Shown in pieces: positions 28,314 to 38,476 of a DNA stretch of 64,000 bases; within the stretch, counting starts at the first letter, position 1; every line of letters begins with the position of its first letter. Source of the stretch: an uncultured delta proteobacterium (GTDB taxonomy: Bacteria; Desulfobacterota; Binatia; Binatales; Binataceae); NCBI GenBank assembly GCA_963842085.1, contig CAWJET010000002.1, forward strand, positions 1,440,001 through 1,504,000, written 5' to 3'. The notes beneath the pieces were generated by a model. That model saw only the letters and a program-made list of their open reading frames with translations, did no database searches and was not told the origin of the DNA. A program made the translations under genes and the position numbers.

Positions 28314-29858
28314 ATGAATGGAGCTGAGAGTCTGATTCGTACCGCGATCGCGGCCGGGGTCGAAGTGTGTTTTGCGAACCCGGGGACGACCGAGATGCCG
28401 CTGGTGGCGGCGCTCGATTCCGCCGACGGGCTGCGGCCGATTCTCGGATTGTTCGAGGGGGTTTGCACGGGTGCTGCCGACGGTTACGGACGGATGGCGG
28501 AGAAGCCGGCGCTGACGCTGCTTCATCTCGGGCCGGGCTTCGCCAACGGCATCGCGAATCTCCACAACGCGCGGCGCGCGCGCTCGCCGATCGTGAATTT
28601 GATCGGCGACCACGCAACATGGCACGTTGGCGCCGACGCACCGCTCACCTCCGACATCGTTTCGCTCGCGACGCCGGTTTCAGGATGGGTACGAAGCGTG
28701 CGCAATTCAGGATCGCTCGCGGGCGCGACTGCGGAGGCGATTGCGGCGGCCGGCCGCGCGCCGGGGCAGATCGCGACGTTGATTATTCCGTCGGATTGCC
28801 AGTGGGATCCCGCCGAGCGGCACGCCGCGCCGATCGAGCCGGCCGCGCCGCCGGCGGTTGCGGCCGACGCGGTCAAGCGCGCGGCCGAGTCGATGAGCAA
28901 GGGCAACAGGGTCGTGCTCTTTCTCGGCGGCACGGCGCTTCGCGCACGTGGCCTGAAGGCGGCGGCACGCATCGCCGCGAAATCGGGATGCCATCTGATG
29001 TGCGAAACCTTCCCCGCACGACTCGAACGTGGAGCGGGAATGCCGACGCTCGATCGCCTGGCCTACTTTCCTGAACAAGCGATCGAGATGCTGAAGGCGT
29101 TCGATACGATCGTCATCGCTGGCGCCAAAAGACCCGTCGCATTTTTCGGCTATCCTGATTTCCCGAGTCGTCTGATTCCTGAAGGCATCGACGTCGCGAT
29201 GCTGGCCGAGCCGACCGATGACGTTCCGGCTGCTCTGGAAGCACTCGCCAGCGAAATCGCCGCACCGGTCTCGGTCGCGGCGGCGGCGAGAATATCGCGG
29301 CCCGAACGTCCCGTCGGAAAACTCAACGCCATGACCGCAGGCGCCGCGATTGCGGCAGTGATGCCCGAAGGTGCAATCGTGATGGACGAGGCCGCAACGA
29401 CAGGCCTGCCGTTCCTGGCCGCGTCGGCGGCTGCGCCGCCACATACCTATCTTTCACTTACGGGCGGCGCGATCGGGCAGGGATTGCCGTGCGCAACCGG
29501 CGCGGCCGTCGCTTGTCCCGATCGGCGCGTGATCGCCTTTCAGGCCGATGGCAGCGCGATGTACACGCTGCAGGCGCTGTGGACGCAGGCGCGGGAATCG
29601 CTCAACGTCACGACGGTACTGTGCAACAACCACAGTTACCGGATTTTGCAGGTCGAACTTGCGCGCGCCGGCGTGACCGAACCCGGCCGCAAGGCACGCT
29701 CGCTCACCAGTCTCGCCAATCCCGACATCGAATGGACGAGTCTGGCGCGCGGGATGGGGGTGGCGAGCGTGCGCGTGGAGACGGCGGAGGCGCTCACGCG
29801 CGAACTGGAAAGATCCCTCGCAACGCCGGGTCCGATGCTGATCGAGATGGTGCTTTAA
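28314..29858 (+). CDS. TPP-dependent acetolactate-synthase-like/decarboxylase protein
   Basis: [31 protein letters not shown]...NN TPP-binding motif. Confidence 0.9.
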   Translation: MNGAESLIRTAIAAGVEVCFANPGTTEMPLVAALDSADGLRPILGLFEGVCTGAADGYGRMAEKPALTLLHLGPGFANGIANLHNARRARSPIVNLIGDHATWHVGADAPLTSDIVSLATPVSGWVRSVRNSGSLAGATAEAIAAAGRAPGQIATLIIPSDCQWDPAERHAAPIEPAAPPAVAADAVKRAAESMSKGNRVVLFLGGTALRARGLKAAARIAAKSGCHLMCETFPARLERGAGMPTLDRLAYFPEQAIEMLKAFDTIVIAGAKRPVAFFGYPDFPSRLIPEGIDVAMLAEPTDDVPAALEALASEIAAPVSVAAAARISRPERPVGKLNAMTAGAAIAAVMPEGAIVMDEAATTGLPFLAASAAAPPHTYLSLTGGAIGQGLPCATGAAVACPDRRVIAFQADGSAMYTLQALWTQARESLNVTTVLCNNHSYRILQVELARAGVTEPGRKARSLTSLANPDIEWTSLARGMGVASVRVETAEALTRELERSLATPGPMLIEMVL

Positions 29859-30051
29859 TCCCGCATCTCCACGCTTCCTCCGCCGCCAGCATGAGGTTCT
29901 CCGGTTCGGAGTACCCAACGCGGGGTGGGTCAATTTTCAATTGGCGATCCTGGGTCAGTTTTGCATCGGCGGCAACAATGCTTCGGTTGAATCGACCGAA
30001 GTGCCGCAGTATGCTCTCATAAAGGGTCCAAGCACTCAGGAGGCATGGTGC

Positions 30052-30399
30052 GTGGGGTCATCCTTAGCCGTCTCGGCTCCGCTGCTTGGCATAGCGTTCG
30101 TAGCGGGAATCATCATTGGATGGATGCTCGCGAACGTGACGCGCACCACTGAGACGATTCAGCTTTCCGCCATACCACCGGGGACAGACCTGAGCACCGG
30201 CGCCCGGCGGGTCGCGAAGACAAAGGTCCGCACCATGGAGCTGAAATGCAAATGCGGCTCGGTGTTGAAGTTTCGCGATCCCGTGGAACCGGGCTACCAG
30301 CCATACCCCAGCGGCGACTCCTTTAGCTGCTCAGGCTGCGGAAAGGTTTATGACCTTAGAGAGATCCGCAAACTGGAAAAGGGTGCGCAGACTTATTGA
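30052..30399 (+). CDS. Membrane-anchored zinc-ribbon hypothetical protein
   Basis: TM helix followed by CKCG...CSGCG; RBS AGGAGG upstream; start uncertain. Confidence 0.55.
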   Translation: MGSSLAVSAPLLGIAFVAGIIIGWMLANVTRTTETIQLSAIPPGTDLSTGARRVAKTKVRTMELKCKCGSVLKFRDPVEPGYQPYPSGDSFSCSGCGKVYDLREIRKLEKGAQTY

Positions 30400-30481
30400 G
30401 CGGGAATTTCTTTTTTGGCTTCCGAACTTCAATTCCTTCCATAGATCGAAGGGCTTTCCGCGGCAAGGTTTTGGTTAAGCT

Positions 30482-31099
30482 CTACTCAAGGAGTTCGAGC
30501 GCAGCCTGCAGCTCGGCAATCGTCGCGATCATGCGAACGTGCTCGATGCGGCTGCCGACGCCGATAAAGTGCGTGCCCGCACTCGCGGCCGCCTCGCGAT
30601 CGATCCTGCTGTCGCCGACGTATACCGCGCGCGGCGCGTCGACGCCCGCGCGATCCAGACACAGGCGCAGGATGTCGGGCGCGGGCTTGGGACGAACCTT
30701 GTCGAGCGCACTCGCAACTGCATCGAACACGCCGCCAAGGCCAAGATGCTCGACCAACGCGGGCACCGTCGCCGATCGATTGGTCGCCAGCCCGAGCTTG
30801 TAGCGGCGCTTGAGCTCAAGCATGAACGGGCGCAACTCGAACGGCGGCCGCAGCATCTTGAAAAACGGCGTCTGATCCATGTTGCGCGTCACGTCATGCA
30901 TCGCGCCGAGCTTGGCCGTGTCGCCACGCGCGCGCGCCGCAAACACTTCGCTCGCGGCGAACGAAACCGCCGAGATTTCCTCGCCGCGGTCCAGCGGCGG
31001 TTCGCCGACCTTTTCGAAAATCCAATTGTAGTAGGCAACGTTCGATTCAGTGGAATCGAACAGCACTCCGTCCGCGTCGAACATTACCAATTCAATCAT
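30482..31099 (-). CDS. HAD-family phosphatase (phosphoglycolate-phosphatase-like)
   Basis: FDADGVLFDS, LATN, KPAP, YVGDS..D. Confidence 0.9.
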   Translation of the reverse strand: MIELVMFDADGVLFDSTESNVAYYNWIFEKVGEPPLDRGEEISAVSFAASEVFAARARGDTAKLGAMHDVTRNMDQTPFFKMLRPPFELRPFMLELKRRYKLGLATNRSATVPALVEHLGLGGVFDAVASALDKVRPKPAPDILRLCLDRAGVDAPRAVYVGDSRIDREAAASAGTHFIGVGSRIEHVRMIATIAELQAALELLE

Positions 31100-31162
31100 G
31101 TTGACCGAATATTGTGCGCGGCTGACGTGCACGGCGCCAGCGGGCCAAACGCCTGAGCGATA

Positions 31163-31663
31163 TCAGCGCGGGGCGCGCTTGCGCTCGGCCCGCTCGGCTC
31201 GCCGCGCGTGCGCAGGCACTGGCCGGCGCGGAATCGCGACAACCTCGCGTGCCGTCAGATGCTCCCCGCAATGCGAGCAGACCAAATCGGGCGCCGTTTT
31301 GGCGCCGCAGACGCGATGTATCAGTGTCATCGGCGGCCCCGATTCGTCGCCGAGCCAGGTGTCGCCCCATCGCATCATTGCGATCAGCACCGGATAGAGC
31401 TCGAGCCCCTTCCTGGTGAGCCGATACTCGACGCGGCCGCTGTCGCCTTCGCTGCGTGCGCGCTCGAGGATTCCGTTGCGCACCAGGTCGCGCAGCCTCG
31501 AGCTCAGGATGTTGCGCGCGATCCCGGTCCCTTGCTGAAACTCGTCGAACCGGTGGCGTCCCAAAAAAGCCTCGCGCAGGATCAGCATGGTCCAGCGCTC
31601 GCCGACCACCGCCAGCGTTCGCGCCACCGAGCAGTTCATATCCTTGACCGAATCCCATCGCAT
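31163..31663 (-). CDS. HxlR-family transcriptional regulator
   Basis: CSVARTLAVVGERWTMLILRE...EYRLTRKG.EL...WG; C-terminal HxxCG..CSHCG. Confidence 0.9.
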   Translation of the reverse strand: MRWDSVKDMNCSVARTLAVVGERWTMLILREAFLGRHRFDEFQQGTGIARNILSSRLRDLVRNGILERARSEGDSGRVEYRLTRKGLELYPVLIAMMRWGDTWLGDESGPPMTLIHRVCGAKTAPDLVCSHCGEHLTAREVVAIPRRPVPAHARRAERAERKRAPR

Positions 31664-31741
31664 GGGCGTCCGTTACTCTCCTCCCCGAAATGAATTTCAG
31701 GCGCCGCGGCGTTCCCCAACTCCGCGACTATGCGAAATATC

Positions 31742-31791
31742 GTTGCACTTTGAAACTTGCTTTGCTATCAGGTTTAGTTGCAAATTGAAAC
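31742..31791. promoter_or_regulatory. Two candidate HxlR operators
   Basis: GTTGCA-NNN-TGAAAC at 31742-31756 and 31777-31791, between divergent genes. Confidence 0.65.
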
Positions 31792-31841
31792 TGCCAACAC
31801 TTGTGAGCTCACGGATCGGCATTCCTGCAAAAGGAGAAACG

Positions 31842-32423
31842 ATGGCCAAACAAATCGAGTTCTTTTACGATTACCTGAGCCCGTTCAGCTATCTTGCCGA
31901 CACGCAGCTGCCCGCGATTGCGCGGCGCGCCAGTGCTGAGATCGTCTATCGGCCGATCTTGCTTGGCGCGATTATGAAGGCCACCGGCAACTCGGGTCCA
32001 CTCCCGATTCAGGGCAAAGCGGGCTACCACGTCGCGGATTTTCAGCGTTGGGCCAAACGCTACGGCCTTCCCGCCCAGTTCAATCCGCACTTCCCGTTCA
32101 ACACGATTCGGGTGCTGCGCGCCGCGATCGCCGCGCAACTGCACGGCCGCTTCCCGGCGTTTCATTCGGCAGCGTTCCGCGCGATTTGGGAACAAGGACA
32201 GGACCTCAGCAAGGAAGATGCGCTGCGCTGGCTTCTCGACAAGGCGGAAATCGATTCAGCACTCATCGAGGGCGAGGATATCAAGAATCGGCTCCGCGCC
32301 AACGTCGACGAGGCCGTCAGCCGAGGCGCGTTCGGAGCGCCGACGTTTTTCGTCAATGGCGAAATGTTCTGGGGAAACGATCGGCTGGATTTCGTGGAGG
32401 AAGCCCTCATGCGGCAGGCCTGA
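31842..32423 (+). CDS. 2-hydroxychromene-2-carboxylate isomerase / DsbA-like (GST-kappa) protein
   Basis: FFYDYLSPFSY, RGAFGAPTFFV..EMFWGNDRL; RBS AAGGAG. Confidence 0.9.
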   Translation: MAKQIEFFYDYLSPFSYLADTQLPAIARRASAEIVYRPILLGAIMKATGNSGPLPIQGKAGYHVADFQRWAKRYGLPAQFNPHFPFNTIRVLRAAIAAQLHGRFPAFHSAAFRAIWEQGQDLSKEDALRWLLDKAEIDSALIEGEDIKNRLRANVDEAVSRGAFGAPTFFVNGEMFWGNDRLDFVEEALMRQA

Positions 32424-32498
32424 CGCGAGTTTGTTCGTCGCATAATCCGTGAGATAAATTTGAAAATACTCCCATGCGCCCCGAATGAGGTCAGTCAC

Positions 32499-33467
32499 AT
32501 GAAAGCAATCGTATTTGAAAAGATGGGCGGGCCGGAGGTGATGAAGATCGCCGAGGTTCCGAAGCCCGAAGTGAAACCTGGGACCGTGCTGATCAAAGTG
32601 CGCGCAGCCGGAATCAACTTCGCCGACACGCTGTTCCGGCAGGGACAATACCTCATGCAGCCCAAGCTGCCGGACACGCCGGGGCTCGAGACAGCCGGCG
32701 AAGTCGAAGCCGTCGGCGCGGGCGTGACGAACGTCAAACCTGGTCAGCGCGTCGCCGCGCTCGGCAGCAAGATGTACGCCGAGTATGCGCTAGCACCGGC
32801 GGCGCAGGTGATTCCGATTCCTGAGTCGATCAGCTTCGAACATGCGGCGGCGTTTCCAGTGCAAGTGCTGACGGCATGGCACATGCTGCACACCTCTCAC
32901 CAAACCGGACCCGGCCAGACAGTGTTGGTCCATTCCGCGGCCGGCGGCGTCGGGATCGTCGCGGTGCAAATCGCAAAGGCGGCGGGCGCGCACGTGATTG
33001 GAACGGTATCGAGCACGAGCAAGGCCGCGCTGGTGAAAGAGTACGGCGCGGACGACGTGATCAACTATGCAACCCACGATTTCGCGGCCGAGGCGAACCG
33101 CCTGACCGGCGGTCGCGGCGTCGATTTGATTCTGGACGCGGTCGGCGCAACCACGATGGAGAAGGGGCTGACCTGCCTCGCTCCGTTCGGACATCTGATT
33201 CTCTACGGACGCGCCGGCGGCCCGCCCGAGCCGCTTAACTTGTTCAAACTGTTCGAGAAATCAACCAAAGTGAGCGGATTCGTGCTCTACACGGTGGCGA
33301 CCGTGCCCGACGTGATGCGCCGCGGCATCGAGGAGTCGTTCAAGCTGATCGCGGAGCGCAAACTCAAGCTGCTCATCGGCAAATCATTCCCGCTCGCGCA
33401 GGCCGCCGAGGCGCACCGGTTTATGGAATCGCGGCAATCGACGGGCAAGCTGGTGCTTATACCTTAA
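32499..33467 (+). CDS. NADPH:quinone oxidoreductase (zeta-crystallin MDR family)
   Basis: GGPEV, AAGINFAD, VHSAAGGVG, STGKLVL. Confidence 0.9.
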   Translation: MKAIVFEKMGGPEVMKIAEVPKPEVKPGTVLIKVRAAGINFADTLFRQGQYLMQPKLPDTPGLETAGEVEAVGAGVTNVKPGQRVAALGSKMYAEYALAPAAQVIPIPESISFEHAAAFPVQVLTAWHMLHTSHQTGPGQTVLVHSAAGGVGIVAVQIAKAAGAHVIGTVSSTSKAALVKEYGADDVINYATHDFAAEANRLTGGRGVDLILDAVGATTMEKGLTCLAPFGHLILYGRAGGPPEPLNLFKLFEKSTKVSGFVLYTVATVPDVMRRGIEESFKLIAERKLKLLIGKSFPLAQAAEAHRFMESRQSTGKLVLIP

Positions 33468-33673
33468 CGCCGCGTTTGGGTGCGCTGCGTTCGATTCGCT
33501 CATCCGCATTGCGGCCCGTGCGCAGAACGAAGCATGCGCTCTCGCGCTTCGCCCAAGCCCTGGATTAAGGTCCTCGTAGTAGCAATTTGCAACTCTCTTT
33601 CGCCCTCGCGAACAAGTTTTCCGCGCTCCGCGATGGCGCCTGGCTCCTGGCGCTGCTGATGGACAAAATCCCC

Positions 33674-33740
33674 TTGACTCGCCGCCTGGATGGGCTTAAT
33701 TAACTGATTAGTTAATAGCGCTATTAACTGTACGGTTAAC
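33674..33740 (+). promoter_or_regulatory. Promoter with tandem TetR-type palindromic operators
   Basis: -35 TTGACT; ATTAACTGATTAGTTAAT (33699-33716) and ATTAACTGTACGGTTAAC (33723-33740). Confidence 0.75.
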
Positions 33741-33747
33741 GAAAGCC

Positions 33748-34455
33748 ATGGCTGGTCCGCGCACAACCGTCCGCAACCTCAACCGCACGCGCGAGAAGAT
33801 TCTCGCCGCCGCACTCGCCGAATTTTCGGCCCGCGGCTTCGCCGGCGCGCGGGTCGACGCGATCGCCCGGCGCGCCCGCGTGAACAAGCGCATGCTCTAC
33901 TACTGCTTCGGCGCCAAGCAGGACCTCTACCGCGAAATTCTGCGCCGCAAAATCGCCGAGCGCGCTGAATGGCTCGAATCCACGCCCGACGATTTCGCCG
34001 GCGCGCTGGCACATATCTACCTCGCCGGCGGCGCCGATATCGATTTCGTCCGTCTTATGGAATGGGAGGCGATCGACAGCGGCGGTAGAAAGTGTATGGC
34101 GGAAGAGGAGCGCCGAGCGTTGTTCGAGAAAGCGGTCGCGCGACTCGCTGTGCTGCAGCGCCGGGGATCGATCCCCCGCGGCGTCAATCTGACCCAGCTT
34201 TTCATTTCGATGCTGTCGCTCGCCTTGTTCCCGCTGGTCATGCCGCAACTTATCCGCCTCATCCACGGCATGGAGCCTGGCGACCGGCGCTTCATGCGCC
34301 AGCGCGCGAATTTTTTGCGCTGGCTTGGAGAGCGGCTGGCAACGACCACGGGAGCTGTCCGCGTTCAATCTCGTCGCCGGCGCGATCTTGCGGCGCCATT
34401 GCAAACCGCGCTTCATCGCCGCCGATCGTTGAAAAGGCCCGGCCAACTCGCTTGA
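33748..34455 (+). CDS. TetR-family regulator
   Basis: ILAAALAEFSARGFAGARVDAIARRARVNKRMLYYCFGAKQDLY. Confidence 0.9.
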   Translation: MAGPRTTVRNLNRTREKILAAALAEFSARGFAGARVDAIARRARVNKRMLYYCFGAKQDLYREILRRKIAERAEWLESTPDDFAGALAHIYLAGGADIDFVRLMEWEAIDSGGRKCMAEEERRALFEKAVARLAVLQRRGSIPRGVNLTQLFISMLSLALFPLVMPQLIRLIHGMEPGDRRFMRQRANFLRWLGERLATTTGAVRVQSRRRRDLAAPLQTALHRRRSLKRPGQLA

Positions 34456-35444
34456 AGACGCGAATTGTCATTCTGGTTGTGGTTCTGCTGCTTGGAGTTG
34501 GCGCCTGGACCGGCTATTCACTGTTTTTCGAAGCCCGGGGCACTACCGACAGAATGCTCGTTTCCGGCAACATCGAGGCCCACGAAAGTGTCGTCAGTTT
34601 CAAGGCCGTGCAGTCGCGCGTCGTCGAATTGCCGTTCGACGAGGGCCAGTGGGTAAAGGCTGGAACGCTGCTGGCGCGGCTCGACGACGGCGACTATCGC
34701 CAGCAGGTCGCAATCGACGAGGCTGCTCTGCGAGTGCAGCAAGAAATGCTCGCTTCGGCGATGCAAAAGCTCGAAGCCGCGCGCGCGACGCTCACCGACG
34801 ATAACGCCGACCTCGCGCAAAAGAATATCGACTATGTCCGCAGTCAGAAACTCTGGAATCAAAAAATCATCTCCGGCGACCAACGCGACCACACCGAGAC
34901 TGCGCTCAAGCAATCGAAAGCGGCGATGCAACGAGACCTCGCGATGGAACGCAGCGCTCAGCAGGACATCGAGGTCGCCAAGGCGAACATCCGCGACGCC
35001 AGCGCAAGTCTCGAGCTCGCGAAGATAATGCTCGGCTACACCGTTCTGCGTGCGCCGTTCTCCGGCGTCATTCTCACCCGTCAGACCGAGCTCGGCGAAG
35101 TGATGCAACCCGGCACGCCCGTGGTCACGCTGGCCGACCTCGATCACGTCTGGCTGCGCGCTTATGTCGCCGAAACCGACCTCGGCCGCATTCGATGGGG
35201 CCAGGCGGCGACCGTTCACACCGACACCTATCCCGACAAAGCGTATCCGGGACAAATCTCGTTCATCTCCTCCGAAGCCGAATTCACTCCCAAGAGCGTC
35301 GAGACTCACAAGGAGCGCGTGACGCTCGTCTATCGAATCAAAATCGACGTTGAAAATCCGCGTCATGAATTGAAACCCGGGATGCCTGCGGACGCGACAA
35401 TCCATCTCGGGCCACCCGTGCAAAGCGGCAACAGTCGTGGATAA
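34452..35444 (+). CDS. HlyD-family membrane fusion protein (YbhG-like)
   Basis: SGNIEA, EGQWVKAG, LRAPFSG, AEFTPKSVET, LKPGMPAD; TTG start overlapping the TetR stop. Confidence 0.9.
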   Translation: MKTRIVILVVVLLLGVGAWTGYSLFFEARGTTDRMLVSGNIEAHESVVSFKAVQSRVVELPFDEGQWVKAGTLLARLDDGDYRQQVAIDEAALRVQQEMLASAMQKLEAARATLTDDNADLAQKNIDYVRSQKLWNQKIISGDQRDHTETALKQSKAAMQRDLAMERSAQQDIEVAKANIRDASASLELAKIMLGYTVLRAPFSGVILTRQTELGEVMQPGTPVVTLADLDHVWLRAYVAETDLGRIRWGQAATVHTDTYPDKAYPGQISFISSEAEFTPKSVETHKERVTLVYRIKIDVENPRHELKPGMPADATIHLGPPVQSGNSRG

Positions 35445-36378
35445 CAGCACCGTCGTCATCCGCGATCTGGTGAAGGACTTCCCGGGCGTCCGCGCGATCG
35501 ACCACCTGAACTTCGACGCCGCGCCCGGTGAAATCTTCGGCATCGTCGGTCCCGATGGCGCCGGCAAAACCACGATCATGCGCATCCTCGCAGGAGTGCT
35601 GCCGCCGGACGCCGGCACCGCCACCGTGGCGCGATGCGACGTGGTCGCCGATCCTGAAGGCGTCAAGCACCTGATCAGCTACATGCCGCAGCGCTTCGGC
35701 CTCTACGAAGACTTGACGGTTGACGAGAACATCCGATTTTACGCCGACCTGTTCGGCGTTCGCAGACGGGACCGCGAGGCGCGCGCCGCCGAACTGCTCC
35801 GAGCGTGCGGCATGCCGGAGTTCCGCGCCCGCCCGGCCGGCAAGCTCTCCGGCGGAATGAAGCAGAAGCTCGGCCTGGTCTGCGCCTTGATTCACACCCC
35901 GCGCGTGTTGCTACTCGATGAGCCGACCAACGGCGTCGATCCGGTTTCGCGCCGCGAATTCTGGGCGATGCTCTATTCGCTCGCCGGCCAGGGCGTCACC
36001 GTCATCAATTCCACCGCGTACCTCGACGAGGCCGAGCGATGCCATCGGATAGCGCTTCTTCATCAGGGACGTTTGCTCTTCTGCGACGCACCCGCACATC
36101 TCAAGTCGCAGCTCCAGGGCTCGGTCGTGTCGATCGTGTCGTCCGATGCGCGCCGGGTACGGGCTGAACTCGACGCCGCCGACGGCGTCTCGAGTTTGGT
36201 GATGGTCGGCGACGCAGTTCATTTGTTTGTCGATGACGCCGAGCGGCGCATCGCCGAGTTCAGCGCACGGTTGACCCGTGCGCAGATTCCGTTTGACGAG
36301 ATCGTCCGCGTTACACCGACCATCGAAGATCTTTTTGTCGAGGCAGTTCGCGAAGACTCGAGGCACGCGGCGGCATGA
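35437..36378 (+). CDS. ABC transporter ATP-binding protein (YbhF N-half-like)
   Basis: GPDGAGKT, LSGGMKQK, LLDEPT. Confidence 0.92.
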   Translation: MDNSTVVIRDLVKDFPGVRAIDHLNFDAAPGEIFGIVGPDGAGKTTIMRILAGVLPPDAGTATVARCDVVADPEGVKHLISYMPQRFGLYEDLTVDENIRFYADLFGVRRRDREARAAELLRACGMPEFRARPAGKLSGGMKQKLGLVCALIHTPRVLLLDEPTNGVDPVSRREFWAMLYSLAGQGVTVINSTAYLDEAERCHRIALLHQGRLLFCDAPAHLKSQLQGSVVSIVSSDARRVRAELDAADGVSSLVMVGDAVHLFVDDAERRIAEFSARLTRAQIPFDEIVRVTPTIEDLFVEAVREDSRHAAA

Positions 36379-37337
36379 CGCGCGCCAACGGCAATTCGGT
36401 CGAAGTCGAAAACCTGGTGAAGCGCTTTGGCGATTTCACCGCCGTCGATCGCGTTTCGTTTCAGACCCGCGCCGGTGAAGTCTTCGGATTCCTCGGACCC
36501 AACGGCTCGGGAAAATCGACCACGATTCGAATCCTGTGCGGATTGCTGCTTCCGACCTCCGGCCGCGCTATCGTCGCCGGCTACGACGTTGTCCAATCGC
36601 CCGAGCTGATCCGCCGCAACATCGGCTACATGTCGCAGAAGTTCTCGCTCTACGCCGACCTAACCGTGTTGGAGAATTTGCGATTCTACGCGGGCATGTA
36701 TGGCGTGCCCGCGGCTGAGCTGCGCGGCCGGATCGATTGGGCGCTCGAGATGGCCGGCTTGCGCGGCCGCGAGTCGAGCCTGACCGGCACCCTCGCGGGC
36801 GGATGGAAGCAGCGGCTCGCACTCGGTTGCGCCGTCCTGCATCGCCCGCCAATCCTTTTCCTCGACGAACCGACCTCAGGCGTCGATCCGCTCTCGCGGC
36901 GCCTGTTCTGGGAGTTGATTCAGAGAATGAGCGACGACGGCGTCACCATCTTCGTCACGACGCACTACATGGACGAAGCCGAATATTGCAACCGTCTCGC
37001 ACTTATGAATGGCGGCAGGCTGATCGCGCTGGGCACACCCACCGAACTCAAGTTGGGCTCGATCCAGGGCTCGTTGCTGCTGCTCGAATGCGATCGGCTT
37101 GGCGACGCTATCGAACGCGTGCGCCGTATCGACGGCGTTCGCGACGTCGCCGTCTTCGGCAACGCCCTGCACCTGGTGGTATCCGACGCCGTCGTTACTC
37201 CCGCGATTCGCGCCGCGCTCGAGGCCGGCGCAATCTCGGTGGCCGGCTTGAGAGTGATTCGCCCCAGCCTCGAAGATGCGTTCGTCGCATTGACTACTCG
37301 CCGCAGCGCCGATGCCGCGCCGGAGCTGCCGCCATGA
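36375..37337 (+). CDS. ABC transporter ATP-binding protein (YbhF C-half-like)
   Basis: GPNGSGKS, LAGGWKQR, FLDEPT. Confidence 0.92.
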   Translation: MTRANGNSVEVENLVKRFGDFTAVDRVSFQTRAGEVFGFLGPNGSGKSTTIRILCGLLLPTSGRAIVAGYDVVQSPELIRRNIGYMSQKFSLYADLTVLENLRFYAGMYGVPAAELRGRIDWALEMAGLRGRESSLTGTLAGGWKQRLALGCAVLHRPPILFLDEPTSGVDPLSRRLFWELIQRMSDDGVTIFVTTHYMDEAEYCNRLALMNGGRLIALGTPTELKLGSIQGSLLLLECDRLGDAIERVRRIDGVRDVAVFGNALHLVVSDAVVTPAIRAALEAGAISVAGLRVIRPSLEDAFVALTTRRSADAAPELPP

Positions 37338-38467
37338 ACCTTCGCCGGCTGCTCGCCATCTCGCGCAAGGAAGTTTTCCAGGTGCTCCGCGATTCGCGCA
37401 GCCTGCTGATCGTCCTGCTGATGCCGCTGATGCTTATGACGACGCTCGGTTACGGCGTCAATCTCGACACCAAACACATCCGGGTGTTCGCGTACGATCG
37501 CGAAGGCAGCCAGGCAAGCCAGGATCTTCTCAAGCGCTTTCAGTCCTCTGATTATTTTGACCTGGTTGCCACCGTCACTGACTACCGCGCGCTGGCCGCC
37601 GCGCTGGACGACGGCCGATGCCAGCTCGCGATTGTGATTCCGTACGACTTTTCCGCGCGCCTCCACGACGGACGGCCCGTGACCGTGCAGGCGCTTGTCG
37701 ACGGTTCCGACAACAACACTGCCGAGCTCGCGATCGGATACGCGCAAGGCGTGCTTGGCTCTTATAGCGCCGCCGTTCAGGCCGACTACCTTCGTAAGTC
37801 ACACGCGCCCACGGTGAATCCCGTGCTATCGGTCGAAGCGCGAACCTGGTTCAACGAGGATCTCGAAAGCAAGAACTTCATTGTGCCGGGTGTCGCCGCG
37901 ATCGTGATGGCCGTCGTCGGCGTATTGCTCACGTCGCTGACCGTCGCGCGCGAGTGGGAACGCGGCACCATGGAACAACTCATCTCGACTCCGGTAACCT
38001 CGCTCGAGATCATCATCGGCAAGCTGCTTCCCTACTTCGCGCTGGGCATGTTCGACACCGCCATGTGCGCCGCGGTCGCCGTCTGGTGGTTCCGGGTCCC
38101 GTTCCGCGGTTCGCTCGTCGCGCTGTCCGTCGGCTCGGGAATTTATTTGGTCGCGATTCTGGGGCTTGGATTCTGGGTCTCCGTCGCCACCAAGAATCAG
38201 CTCGCCGCGAGTCAGATCGGCCTGGTGACCGCCTTCCTGCCCTCGTTCCTGCTGTCGGGATTCACGTTCCCGATCGACCAGATGCCGCTCGGCGTGCAGC
38301 CCTTCACCTACCTGATCGCGGCACGCTACTACATCGTCATCCTCAAGAGCGTATTTCTGCGCGGCACCGGCCTCGGCCTTCTCACCGAACCTTTGATCGC
38401 ACTAGTTATCTACGCCGTGATCATGGTGTTCCTGGCCAGGCGATCATTCCACAAGTCGCTGGCATGA
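37334..38467 (+). CDS. ABC-2 permease (YbhS-like)
   Basis: KEVFQVLRD, AREWERGTMEQL. Confidence 0.9.
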   Translation: MNLRRLLAISRKEVFQVLRDSRSLLIVLLMPLMLMTTLGYGVNLDTKHIRVFAYDREGSQASQDLLKRFQSSDYFDLVATVTDYRALAAALDDGRCQLAIVIPYDFSARLHDGRPVTVQALVDGSDNNTAELAIGYAQGVLGSYSAAVQADYLRKSHAPTVNPVLSVEARTWFNEDLESKNFIVPGVAAIVMAVVGVLLTSLTVAREWERGTMEQLISTPVTSLEIIIGKLLPYFALGMFDTAMCAAVAVWWFRVPFRGSLVALSVGSGIYLVAILGLGFWVSVATKNQLAASQIGLVTAFLPSFLLSGFTFPIDQMPLGVQPFTYLIAARYYIVILKSVFLRGTGLGLLTEPLIALVIYAVIMVFLARRSFHKSLA

Positions 38468-38476
38468 GAGGCTGAC

